DNA of 64,000 nucleotides from Escherichia coli. Lineage in GTDB: Bacteria; Pseudomonadota; Gammaproteobacteria; Enterobacterales; Enterobacteriaceae. The position numbers and the translations under genes were made by a program. The stretch is taken from NCBI RefSeq assembly GCF_045037415.1, contig NZ_CP173438.1. One strand, written 5' to 3'. Below the pieces are notes generated by a model. It did not search any database. It saw only the letters and a program-made list of their open reading frames with translations, and had not been told where the DNA came from. Shown here piece after piece: positions 24,583 to 33,810 of the stretch (its first letter is position 1; each line of letters starts with the position of its first letter).

Positions 24583-25086
24583 TTATTGATAGTGTTTTAT
24601 GTTCAGATAATGCCCGATGACTTTGTCATGCAGCTCCACCGATTTTGAGAACGACAGCGACTTCCGTCCCAGCCGTGCCAGGTGCTGCCTCAGATTCAGG
24701 TTATGCCGCTCAATTCGCTGCGTATATCGCTTGCTGATTACGTGCAGCTTTCCCTTCAGGCGGGATTCATACAGCGGCCAGCCATCCGTCATCCATATCA
24801 CCACGTCAAAGGGTGACAGCAGGCTCATAAGACGCCCCAGCGTCGCCATCGTGCGTTCACCGAATACGTGCGCAACAACCGTCTTCCGGAGCCTGTCATA
24901 CGCGTAAAACAGCCAGCGCTGGCGCGATTTAGCCCCGACATAGCCCCACTGTTCGTCCATTTCCGCGCAGACGATGACGTCACTGCCCGGCTGTATGCGC
25001 GAGGTTACCGACTGCGGCCTGAGTTTTTTAAGTGACGTAAAATCGTGTTGAGGCCAACGCCCATAATGCGGGCTGTTGCCCGGCAT
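24583..25086 (-). CDS. insB: IS1 transposase InsB (167 aa)
   Basis: [53 protein letters not shown]..., matches IS1 InsB. Confidence 0.95.
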
Positions 25087-25280
25087 CCAACGCCATTCAT
25101 GGCCATATCAATGATTTTCTGGTGCGTACCGGGTTGAGAAGCGGTGTAAGTGAACTGCAGTTGCCATGTTTTACGGCAGTGAGAGCAGAGATAGCGCTGA
25201 TGTCCGGCGGTGCTTTTGCCGTTACGCACCACCCCGTCAGTAGCTGAACAGGAGGGACAGCTGATAGAAACAGAAGCCAC
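25005..25280 (-). CDS. insA: IS1 InsA (91 aa)
   Basis: [43 protein letters not shown]..., matches IS1 InsA. Confidence 0.95.
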
Positions 25281-25528
25281 TGGAGCACCTCAAAAACACC
25301 ATCATACACTAAATCAGTAAGTTGGCAGCATCACCTATCAGAGATTAACAAGCATTGGCAAAGGTTGTCACTCAGTAATACTCACCATTATTAACTATTA
25401 TTCACCATTATTTAGTATTCAAATTCTTTGAATGAGTTTGAAAGTGCCAGTCTTTACGTATTAATTCTTCTGTGCAAGTATATATACACCCAATAGAGAC
25501 TAATTAAGTCTTAGTATAAATATCTAAT

Positions 25529-25771
25529 GTGAAGGACATAGCCATGAGCTTATTGCCTCGGGAAAACGCACCCCAAAAAAGATATAGACTTCTGAGAATA
25601 TCAGAAGTGATTAATTTGACTGGCTTACCCAAGTCAACAATTTATCTAAAGATAAAGAATGATGAATTTCCGAACCAAGTTTCTATCGGTTCTCGTTCTG
25701 TTGCATGGGTGGAGCATGAAGTTAATGAATGGATAGAGAAGAATATTCTCAATAGAAAATTAAACTCCTAA
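25529..25771 (+). CDS. AlpA-family phage transcriptional regulator (HTH); true start may be the internal Met at 25544
   Basis: ORF 80 aa with YRLLRISEVINLTGLPKSTIYLKIKNDEFPNQVSIGSRSVAWVEHEVNEWI, the AlpA/MerR-like HTH pattern. Confidence 0.75.
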   Translation: MKDIAMSLLPRENAPQKRYRLLRISEVINLTGLPKSTIYLKIKNDEFPNQVSIGSRSVAWVEHEVNEWIEKNILNRKLNS

Positions 25772-25788
25772 ATTGAGGTGGCAAATAT

Positions 25789-26649
25789 ATGGTTGACAAT
25801 GTTTTTAAGAAGAAATTGGCATCAATTAAGAACGAACATGTGTCGGTGTTAGATAGTTACAAAGTAAGATCATTTAAAGAGACTCATAGCGACACGGCCT
25901 GTATTGTGCGTATTATTGAAATATATTCACTGAATAAGCTGCGAGCTAAAGGTGAAAAGCTGTATTCACTTACGGGGTTAACAGTACCTGATACGGAAAC
26001 TGTGGCGAATGAGATCAACCTGCTCCTGAGCCGTTATGCCCAGTTGTGTCGTCAGGAAGAGGAAGAGTTATCTTTCCGGCAGCGTGAAGTGACAAATGCG
26101 GAAGTTGCATGGAAAAGCACATTCTCAAAAAACGGCGTCAGTAGCATTGCTGAAGCCAAAACGAATAAAATGGGGCATGCTGAACGAGCGGATGCTGAAC
26201 GGTATTACCATCTGGCTGTTTCCCGGTTGAATGAACAACATAGTCGATTGAGCACGATCAAGCTTTTGCCGGGAGTACTGGCCGATGAAGGAAACTACAT
26301 TGGGAAGGGAATCGATAAGCGTTTACTGAATATATTTCCTCAATCCGGCCAGATCCCTGCTGATTTTATTTCTGTATTTAATGACAGTGACGTTGTCCGT
26401 GATATTAAATTTATTACTGATGCACTCAAGTCTTTATCTGATTCCGTGAGTGAAATTATTAGTCGTTGTAGCGTTCCAACTGATCGTTATGTATTAAATA
26501 ACGGTGGAATGGCAAGAGCTATGGCTTACAGGGAGTACTATCGAGCAGATAATTATGTATTACGTTCAGTCGTAAGTGACCGGGATTATGTTGAGCATGT
26601 AATGAAATACAATCTGGTTACTGAGTACAAAAATAAAATCTTTTCTTAA
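25789..26649 (+). CDS. Hypothetical protein (286 aa) directly upstream of capsid-like gene; possible scaffold or capsid-remodelling protein
   Basis: ORF track only; consistent coding frame; function assigned by position, not by motif. Confidence 0.5.
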   Translation: MVDNVFKKKLASIKNEHVSVLDSYKVRSFKETHSDTACIVRIIEIYSLNKLRAKGEKLYSLTGLTVPDTETVANEINLLLSRYAQLCRQEEEELSFRQREVTNAEVAWKSTFSKNGVSSIAEAKTNKMGHAERADAERYYHLAVSRLNEQHSRLSTIKLLPGVLADEGNYIGKGIDKRLLNIFPQSGQIPADFISVFNDSDVVRDIKFITDALKSLSDSVSEIISRCSVPTDRYVLNNGGMARAMAYREYYRADNYVLRSVVSDRDYVEHVMKYNLVTEYKNKIFS

Positions 26650-26671
26650 ATACTTAAAAAGGTGAAAAACT

Positions 26672-27676
26672 ATGTATGCCTTCAAAACTGAAAGGCCGGA
26701 CGCAGCACGTCGTTATCATAATAAATTCGTCACTGGCACTAACTATCAGGAAGAATCAAACAGACGCTTTGCATTAAGCGAACCTACTGAAAATATACTG
26801 CGTACCTCAATTCTGGAATCCGGGTGGCTTATTAAAAATATTACCCTACGTGATGTTAACGCCGTGTCAGGTAATGCCGTCAATATTGGTGCCAGTGAAC
26901 TGTATACCGGACGTGTGGATGGTGGCCGTTTCCACAAAAAAATGGCAATCAATGGTACGGAGTTCTTTCTGACAGAGACGGATACCTGCGCCCGGATCAG
27001 CTATTCCGATATGTCTCATATTTACCATACCGGCGTGCCGGATGAGTTTGAGAAAACGGTTGAGAGCTTTTTTGCCCAGGCATATGCGCTGGACATGCTG
27101 CGGGTCGGTTTCAACGGTGTGTCGATTGCAAATACTACAAACCCGGAAATCAATAAAAAAGGCGAGGATGTCAATATTGGCTGGCATGCACTGGCGAAAG
27201 CCTACGGGAACGGAAAGCAAATCATCTCTGAGCCTGTCACTCTGGGAGAGACTGGCACCTGGAAAAATATTGATGCTCTGGCCAACCATCTGATTACAGA
27301 GCTTATTGCTGAGCAGTTTCGTGAAGATCCTCGTCTGGTTGTACTGGTTGGGGCAGAGCTGGCAGCACATCAACGCCTGAAGTTATTTAATGCCGCAGAC
27401 CGCCCGTCTGATGTGAATGCGGCACAGATGGCTACAAGTTCTGTTGCTGGCCGCTTTGCGTTTATTCCCCCGTTTATGCCGGGTAAGCGTCTGGCAGTAA
27501 CGACGCTGGATAATCTGCATATTTACACTCAGGCGATAACACGCTGGTTTCGTGCTGAGTTTGATGATGAAAGCAGTGAATACGTGCATTCCTACCTGCG
27601 CAATGAAGGTTATGCACTCGGTGAACCTGAACTGTACGCGGCTGTTGATGAGTGCACCCTGACGTTTGCGGATTGA
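26672..27676 (+). CDS. P2-GpN-like major capsid protein homolog (334 aa)
   Basis: Blocks FALSEPTENILRTSILES..., MLRVGFNGV...NIGW..., DALANHLITELIAEQFREDPRLVVLVGAEL and TLDNLHIYT align by eye with my recollection of P2 GpN; needs profile confirmation. Confidence 0.45.
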   Translation: MYAFKTERPDAARRYHNKFVTGTNYQEESNRRFALSEPTENILRTSILESGWLIKNITLRDVNAVSGNAVNIGASELYTGRVDGGRFHKKMAINGTEFFLTETDTCARISYSDMSHIYHTGVPDEFEKTVESFFAQAYALDMLRVGFNGVSIANTTNPEINKKGEDVNIGWHALAKAYGNGKQIISEPVTLGETGTWKNIDALANHLITELIAEQFREDPRLVVLVGAELAAHQRLKLFNAADRPSDVNAAQMATSSVAGRFAFIPPFMPGKRLAVTTLDNLHIYTQAITRWFRAEFDDESSEYVHSYLRNEGYALGEPELYAAVDECTLTFAD

Positions 27677-27905
27677 CTTAGCGACAGAAAGACCCGCTCA
27701 GAGGCGGGTTCGTTTACAGCATCAGGAAAAATGAAGAACTATTTTTAAGCAGAGGCTTAAGCATGCCAGCGTTAATTAATCCAGGCAATGATCAGTTTTC
27801 GGTTATAAATTTCTTGCCTCACCAGGAATGCGCGGGATATAGTTTAAAGGTTGCCGCAAAATCGGCAGCCGGGCGTAGGAACCCGTGTTATCTGAAGGCG
27901 ATACT

Positions 27906-27929
27906 ACACGCGCTAGGCGTGTTTTTTTG
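27906..27929 (+). terminator. Rho-independent terminator inside the apparent non-coding leader upstream of the primase operon
   Basis: ACACGC-GCTAG-GCGTGT hairpin followed by TTTTTTT. Confidence 0.55.
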
Positions 27930-28149
27930 TGTCGCAGCTTTGACTCACCTAAAATTTATGGTGTGGTGGCTGATTGTATTTTTTTATTTTTTACGCCACA
28001 TCATCAGAATTATGGTAGTCCAGGCGGGGCAGCTTTCGGGCTGGCCGGTATCCTTCAGAGCCGGTATTCCTACCCCCGTCTGGGCTACCACCCATGAGCG
28101 TAGGAACTCCGGTGGTAGCGTTACCCGCTATCTGAAGGAGGTTGCCATT

Positions 28150-28353
28150 ATGGCTACAGTCCCTGCTTTATCTCACCCTGAATTTACCTTTGTCTTTCTG
28201 GCTGTCCGCCGTACAGACCGTGATGCCCGTCCACGCCCTGTGCGTGTAATCGCAGAATGCGAGCATGCTGCACGCCTTAAACTTGCCACTGAATTTATCC
28301 TGAGCTTTGCTGCCCGTATCCCTGTGAAAAGAGCCGGGGAGGTGGTTGCATGA
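28150..28353 (+). CDS. Small hypothetical protein (67 aa), first gene of a translationally coupled operon
   Basis: ATG at 28150 preceded by GAAGGAGG; stop overlaps next start (ATGA); the 196-aa ORF-track call 27763-28353 is treated as spurious upstream of this Met. Confidence 0.4.
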   Translation: MATVPALSHPEFTFVFLAVRRTDRDARPRPVRVIAECEHAARLKLATEFILSFAARIPVKRAGEVVA

Positions 28354-28586
28354 AATCCATGAATTTTAAGCAAGGCTGCATATTGAGTGAACAGGGGGAG
28401 AGTCGTCTGTTACGGGCGGCACTGGCCAGTGAGTTTCTTGCAGAGGTCTTGTCCGTGCCCACAGTGAATGGAGCGAGAACTGTTTCAGCGGAAGGCGCTG
28501 CGGCTTTAGTGGCCTGTATTGCCGAACAACTGGATGGCGTTGTTAAGGAAACCAGCACAATTAAGGGAGTGATGCGCGATGAATAA
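28350..28586 (+). CDS. Small hypothetical protein (78 aa)
   Basis: ORF track; start overlaps upstream stop and end overlaps next ORF. Confidence 0.45.
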   Translation: MKSMNFKQGCILSEQGESRLLRAALASEFLAEVLSVPTVNGARTVSAEGAAALVACIAEQLDGVVKETSTIKGVMRDE

Positions 28587-28989
28587 TAATCAAAATTTAA
28601 AGGCGCATGCTTTACGAACAGCAGTCTTACGCTACTACATTGCTGATGCATTCATTTCCTTAATGGTGCGTGTTCATAATGAACCTGTTTATATTGAAGA
28701 TGGCGAACGAATAGAACTCTCCCACGAAAAAGTGGTGAGTAATATTATTTACCATATTGAAATGCCGTGGGTGAATGAGTTTGGGGCTGATGCTGGTTGC
28801 ATACTGGCCGCAGAGAAACTGGAAAAAATGCTTAAACCAGGCTTTATGTCAGAAAATATTCGCCTGTCAGTTTTTGGTGTCACAGAGATGCGTGAGGTTT
28901 ACCGGGATATTATTTTCGGAGCACCTGATGGCGAACTACCCGAAGGTTTTGAATTTGTGAAGCCGGAAGGTCAGGAGGTGCTGCTGTGA
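28579..28989 (+). CDS. Hypothetical protein (136 aa) immediately upstream of primase
   Basis: ORF track; 4-nt overlap with primase start suggests coupling. Confidence 0.5.
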   Translation: MNNNQNLKAHALRTAVLRYYIADAFISLMVRVHNEPVYIEDGERIELSHEKVVSNIIYHIEMPWVNEFGADAGCILAAEKLEKMLKPGFMSENIRLSVFGVTEMREVYRDIIFGAPDGELPEGFEFVKPEGQEVLL

Positions 28990-31673
28990 AAACACCGTCT
29001 GTATCCACGATTTCCGGAGCTGCAATTGGGCGCTGGCCTTATATCCTGTCAGCATTAGGTATTAAAGTACCGTCCGCAGGACATCATGGGGCTTGCCCTG
29101 CCTGTGGTGGAAAAGATCGTTTTCGACTGGACGATAAAGCGGGGCGAGGGACGTGGTTTTGTAATCAGTGCGGTCATGGCGATGGTCTTGATCTGGTTCG
29201 TCTGGTGACAGGAAGAAAGATAAAAGAAGTCGCCGGGATGGTATCTGAGGCGCTTGCATTACCAGAAATACAGGAGAAGCCCGCATTGCCAGCCAGGAAA
29301 AAGGCCGCAGGAAAAGAAGCGGGCGCGGAGCGATATACCAGACTCAGACAGCAGTCCTGCAATGGTGAGCCGGTCTATCTGACAAATAAGAGCTTACACG
29401 GGTATTCACTTCCCTTGCTGTCACAGCCTTTGAATCTGGCCGGAATAACATTTTCCACCGGTTCATTACTGCTGCCTTTGACGGATATTTCCGGGAATAT
29501 TACTGGTGGCCAGCTTATCAATCCTGACGGGGATAAAAGTCTGCTGCCCGGTAGCCAGCTGTCTGGCGCATTCATTGCCCTGACCGATATACCCGCTGAA
29601 ACACCTGAACAGGTGATTATCACTGAGGGTTTTGCCACGGCGCTTACCGTCAGTCTGCTGACTGAAGGATGGATCGTGGCGGCTGTCGCTGCCACCAATT
29701 TACTGAAGGTGACGGAGCAGATCCGAAAACGCTGGCCGGAAACCCGGATCATTCTGGCCGGAGATAATGATCTGGCTGACGGCAAAGAAAACACCGGGCG
29801 TATTCAGGCAGAGAAAGCCGCCAAAGCGGTGGATGGCTGGGTAACGCTCCCTCCGGTACGCCATAAGGCTGACTGGGATGATTATCGGCAGGAAGTGGGG
29901 AAAGAACGGGCGAGAGATGCCTTTCGTGAAGAAATGACGCTGCATGGCAAAGGGCAGACCCGTTTACCAGAAGGGTTCCGGCTGACAAAAGAATATTTGT
30001 GGTACGACAAGCTGGTTAATAAGTCTGATGGTGATACAGAGATACGTAATATCAAAATTTGCAGTCCGTTGCGGGTGACGGCAATCACCAGTGATGCTGA
30101 TGGAAGTAATTACGGGCGTTTGCTGGAATGGGAAGATACCAACGGAAACAGCCGTAAATGGGCAATGCCGATGGAGATGCTGGGCGGTAGCGGGGAAGAA
30201 CTGCGCCGCGTTCTGCTGGTTAACGGGCTTTCTTACATCAACATTAACGGCATGGCCAGAGCATTCCTGATGGAATATATCTCGCTGTGTAAACCGGACA
30301 GAAAAGTAACCTGTGTGAATAAAACTGGCTGGCACGGCGGGGTTTACGTTCTCCAGGATGAAGTGATAGGGCGCGAAGCCCAGTCAGTCATCTTACAAAC
30401 ATCGAGTGTGCAGGGGCGTGATTTTCGTGTCAGCGGCACATCAGAGGGCTGGCGTGAAAATATAGGCCGTTATTGCATAAAGAATGCCCGTCTTGCCTTT
30501 GCGGTGAGTCTGGCATTTGCTGCCCCCCTTCTGAAACTGGTTGGTATCGGCGGTGGAGGTTATCACCTCAAAGGGGAATCCACAGACGGTAAAACCACGA
30601 CGATGAAAGTGGCTGCATCAGTATGTGGTGGAACAGATTTCTGGCATACGTGGCGGGCGACGGGGAATGCCTTAGAAGGAACGGCGAGCCGCCGCAATGA
30701 TGCCACGCTGATGCTGGATGAAATCCGGGAGGTTGACGGCAGGGAGGCGGGAAATATCGCTTATATGCTGGCTAACGGGCAGGGCAAAGCCAGAGCCAGA
30801 ACAGATGGTTCGGTAAGGGAAACCAACCGCTGGAATCTGTTGTTTCTGTCTACCGGGGAACTGTCACTGGTAGAGCATGCGGCAAGCGCCGGGGAACGTA
30901 CGTATGCCGGGGTTGAGGTCAGAATGATCCAGATCCCAAGCGATTCGGGCAAGTATGGCGTGTTTGAAGAACTTCATGGCTTCAGTAGCGGGAAAACCCT
31001 GGCTGAGCATCTTGAGCAGCACGTAGCGCATTATCATGGTGCACCATTCCGCGACTGGCTGTATTGCCTGACCGCTGATCTGCCGGAACTGACCAGTCAG
31101 GCGAAAGCCTTATTGAAAGAGTATACCCGAAGGCTGACGCCGGAAAATGCCGGGAATCAGGTTGGCCGGGCTGTTACCCGTTTTGCTCTGGTTGCGATGG
31201 CCGGGGAGCTGGCCACAAAAGCGGGCATCACAGGATGGCCGGAGGGAGAGGCCTTTCGTGCCGCTCAAAGCTGTCTGGCTGCATGGATGGCTGACCGGGG
31301 CCATACAGCTAATCAGGAAGATAAAGCGGCACTTGAACAGGTTCGGGACTTCATGACGCGTAATCAGTTCAGTCGGTTTGCTGACTGGAATGACGACAGG
31401 AACCGGCCTGTTTCAATGATGGGATTCAGAAAAGTCGATAAAGGAGACAACGTGACAGAGCCGGTTGTGACGTTCTACGTTCTCCCGTCAGGCTGGAAGG
31501 AGATCTGTAAGGGATTTGACTCGCGTAAGGTGGCCAGGTTGTGTGTGGACGCGGGCTGGCTGAAACCCGGTGAAGATGGCCGGACGCAAAACAGCATTCG
31601 CCTGCCAGAAATAGGGCTTAAACGTGTGTACCAGTTCAATACACAGGTACTGGGAAGCGCTGAACCTGAGTGA
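28986..31673 (+). CDS. P4-alpha-like zinc-binding primase-helicase (895 aa)
   Basis: N-terminal CPACGG...FCNQCGHGDG zinc-finger pair; Walker A GESTDGKTT; overall satellite replication-protein architecture. Confidence 0.8.
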   Translation: MKTPSVSTISGAAIGRWPYILSALGIKVPSAGHHGACPACGGKDRFRLDDKAGRGTWFCNQCGHGDGLDLVRLVTGRKIKEVAGMVSEALALPEIQEKPALPARKKAAGKEAGAERYTRLRQQSCNGEPVYLTNKSLHGYSLPLLSQPLNLAGITFSTGSLLLPLTDISGNITGGQLINPDGDKSLLPGSQLSGAFIALTDIPAETPEQVIITEGFATALTVSLLTEGWIVAAVAATNLLKVTEQIRKRWPETRIILAGDNDLADGKENTGRIQAEKAAKAVDGWVTLPPVRHKADWDDYRQEVGKERARDAFREEMTLHGKGQTRLPEGFRLTKEYLWYDKLVNKSDGDTEIRNIKICSPLRVTAITSDADGSNYGRLLEWEDTNGNSRKWAMPMEMLGGSGEELRRVLLVNGLSYININGMARAFLMEYISLCKPDRKVTCVNKTGWHGGVYVLQDEVIGREAQSVILQTSSVQGRDFRVSGTSEGWRENIGRYCIKNARLAFAVSLAFAAPLLKLVGIGGGGYHLKGESTDGKTTTMKVAASVCGGTDFWHTWRATGNALEGTASRRNDATLMLDEIREVDGREAGNIAYMLANGQGKARARTDGSVRETNRWNLLFLSTGELSLVEHAASAGERTYAGVEVRMIQIPSDSGKYGVFEELHGFSSGKTLAEHLEQHVAHYHGAPFRDWLYCLTADLPELTSQAKALLKEYTRRLTPENAGNQVGRAVTRFALVAMAGELATKAGITGWPEGEAFRAAQSCLAAWMADRGHTANQEDKAALEQVRDFMTRNQFSRFADWNDDRNRPVSMMGFRKVDKGDNVTEPVVTFYVLPSGWKEICKGFDSRKVARLCVDAGWLKPGEDGRTQNSIRLPEIGLKRVYQFNTQVLGSAEPE

Positions 31674-31699
31674 TTATCGCGTGAGTCTTATTTTTATGA

Positions 31700-31888
31700 G
31701 GTAACACTGGTAACAGAGGTAACACCCGTTACTGATGCGGTTCTTCAGTGTTACCAGTCAAAAATACTGACTGGTAACAGAGGTAACAAAAAATGGTGTG
31801 TTACCACGCGTTACCTCTTGATTTTGCTAACTGGTAACAGATTAAATCCTTTTAAATCAATAGCGTTACACGTGTTACCAGTGTTACA
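31700..31888. promoter_or_regulatory. Iteron cluster, candidate origin of replication of the element
   Basis: At least 12 copies of GGTAACA / TGTTAC(C/A) in both orientations within ~190 bp just 3' of the primase gene. Confidence 0.55.
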
Positions 31889-31955
31889 CGTTCAGAACAA
31901 GAGGTAGGGATCCAAATCCCTTCTTCTGGCGGGCAACAGTATAGGGCACAGAACG

Positions 31956-32228
31956 ATGAAGATGATGAGAATGTACTGCCCCACATGTCAGGCAGTAGCA
32001 CGGATAGGTAAAACAAACAGGAAACACCCACAACTGTACGATGTGTACTGCTATTGCTCTAATGTGGAGTGCGGTCACTCGTTTGTGATGAATGTTGCTT
32101 TCTCCCATTCCGTTAGTCCAAGCGCGCTGAACGGGCAGGGAAGGGTTAAAGAGCTGATTGATGCAATTCCACCCGAGGAACGGGAAAAGGCTTTAAAGTT
32201 GCTGCTGGCTGCGCAAAAGAATGGGTAA
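31956..32228 (+). CDS. Ogr/Delta-family zinc-finger late-gene activator-like protein (about 87-90 aa)
   Basis: ORF MKMMRMYCPTCQAVARIGKTNRKHPQLYDVYCYCSNVECGHSF...; C-x2-C ... C-x4-C spacing typical of Ogr/Delta. Confidence 0.65.
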   Translation: MKMMRMYCPTCQAVARIGKTNRKHPQLYDVYCYCSNVECGHSFVMNVAFSHSVSPSALNGQGRVKELIDAIPPEEREKALKLLLAAQKNG

Positions 32229-32907
32229 AGTATGCGTCGGGAATGGCCGATCTGTTCCCGGAACCTGAACACAGGATTTCAGTTTATACGGTCATAAAAT
32301 TATTATTTTTCAACTGGTTATCTTCTTCATGTTTCACAAACCTTCATAAAATCACACACCTAAAATTAATTATCCATTTAATATCATAGAGTTGCGTATT
32401 CAGGCCATAGATTCGACGGACAGTAAAACTGAAAAAAAATGAATTTCTTTTCATTCTTTTCAGTTCCTGTATCGCAGTACATCTCGAGGACTGGCACGGA
32501 CTGGCGGTATCGTTTGTAAAAAATCCAGGCTGAAAATTTTTAGTGATATGAAAACCGCAGGCGGGTGCGGTGTAGTGCCGTTTTGGTCTGTCGAGCGTAT
32601 ATTTTCCTTTTTCACGATTGCTGCATATCAAAACGAATGTGCAGATATCAGGCCGTGTCAAACCGTGAATCGTGGAGCCTAAATGCCCAAACTACGTTTG
32701 TAGACCTAGCTAGGGGAAGGTTTCCACATATACTGCTACCTATCTTCCAGTCGCTGGTGAGGATCAAGGTAAGCTAACTGGTGAACAAGAAAAGTACTTT
32801 CGTATCTTGCGTACTCGTTTTTTTTGATTAGTATGTACAGGTAGTAACTGGATGGTGAGAATTCGTCATAACTTATCAAATTGCATGATGTTTATAGAGT
32901 ATGAGTA

Positions 32908-33789
32908 ATGAGTCATAATAAAAAGGAATATGCTAAATTTTTCCGTCGCCCCATTTTTTCATCCTTAGCAAAAGGTAAGGATATTTCGGATTTATTTGGG
33001 AGTTTTGATTCTTACTGCTATGAAACACTGTTTTCAAACAATGATAATAATGAACATGAGATTTCACTAAGGGATTTATTTACATCATTATATGATTTTT
33101 TGCGTCTGAATTATAGAAATGAATATGTTTATAAGACAGCACTTGTCAATAAAATAATATTCGGTAAGCACAGCCCAAAAACAAGTTCGTCGTCCATAGA
33201 GTTACCAATTAAAAACTCTATAGTGGATGTTGCGGTGTTTAATGGTACGTCTACAGCTTACGAGATTAAGACAGAGTATGATTCACCAAAAAGGTTGATT
33301 ACTCAAGCCCCTGATTATTTGGATGTTTTTGATAAAGTGTATATAGTTACACATCCAGAGTATGCAAGTAAATATTGTGCTTTAAATCTCCCCAGAGTGG
33401 GAGTTATGGTTTTGAATAAAAAAGATCAATTGAGTGTCATTAAGGAGGCAGATTCAAATATTGATTATATTAAAAGTGACAGCTTGTTTTCAGTTCTTAG
33501 AAAGGAAGAGTTCTTAGCTATAATAGAAGATTACACTTCAACTAAAATAAATATGCCTAACGGATTGGTTTATGAATATTGTAAAGAGATATTCATGCAG
33601 ATGCCATTAAACATAGCAAATAAATACTTTATCTCTGCTATGAAAAAAAGATGTAACGATAAAGTTTTTTTGGATTATATTTATTCTCTTCCAGCATGTT
33701 TACGTGTTTTAGGTTATGCAACACCATTATCAAGAAAGCAAAAAGAATTCATCATGAATTTGATGGATGTAAAAATTAAAATTTGTTGA
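32908..33789 (+). CDS. Hypothetical protein A (293 aa), AT-rich cargo gene with PD-(D/E)xK-like motif
   Basis: ORF track; IVDVAVFNGTSTAYEIKTE (D107 ... E119-x-K121) resembles a restriction-endonuclease-fold catalytic core; strong AT bias unlike flanking DNA. Confidence 0.6.
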   Translation: MSHNKKEYAKFFRRPIFSSLAKGKDISDLFGSFDSYCYETLFSNNDNNEHEISLRDLFTSLYDFLRLNYRNEYVYKTALVNKIIFGKHSPKTSSSSIELPIKNSIVDVAVFNGTSTAYEIKTEYDSPKRLITQAPDYLDVFDKVYIVTHPEYASKYCALNLPRVGVMVLNKKDQLSVIKEADSNIDYIKSDSLFSVLRKEEFLAIIEDYTSTKINMPNGLVYEYCKEIFMQMPLNIANKYFISAMKKRCNDKVFLDYIYSLPACLRVLGYATPLSRKQKEFIMNLMDVKIKIC

Positions 33790-33810
33790 TATCCTCAGGA
33801 GTTGTAAGTT

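Larger units (their letters stand above)
24568..25335 (-). mobile_element. IS1 insertion sequence (768 bp) with terminal inverted repeats and 9-bp target-site duplication
   Basis: Ends GGTAATGACTCCAACTTATTGAT (24568-) and ATCAGTAAGTTGGCAGCATCACC (-25335) match the IS1 IRs; flanked by direct TATCAGAGA at 24559-24567 and 25336-25344. Confidence 0.95.

Noticed and set aside
24373-24648. 91-aa ORF translating to PQPSPAQPSPAQ...
   Set aside because: Artefact of reading through the (CCCAG)18 repeat and into the IS1 terminal repeat; no ribosome-binding site and no coherent protein.
27763-28353. 196-aa ORF in the six-frame track
   Set aside because: It spans a rho-independent terminator and the repeated non-coding motifs; only its last 67 codons (from ATG 28150, with a strong Shine-Dalgarno) look like a real gene.
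32344-32777. 105-aa (minus) and 70-aa (plus) ORFs in the gap between the Ogr-like gene and cargo gene A
   Set aside because: No ribosome-binding sites or recognisable features; more likely non-coding leader or remnant sequence at the cassette boundary.
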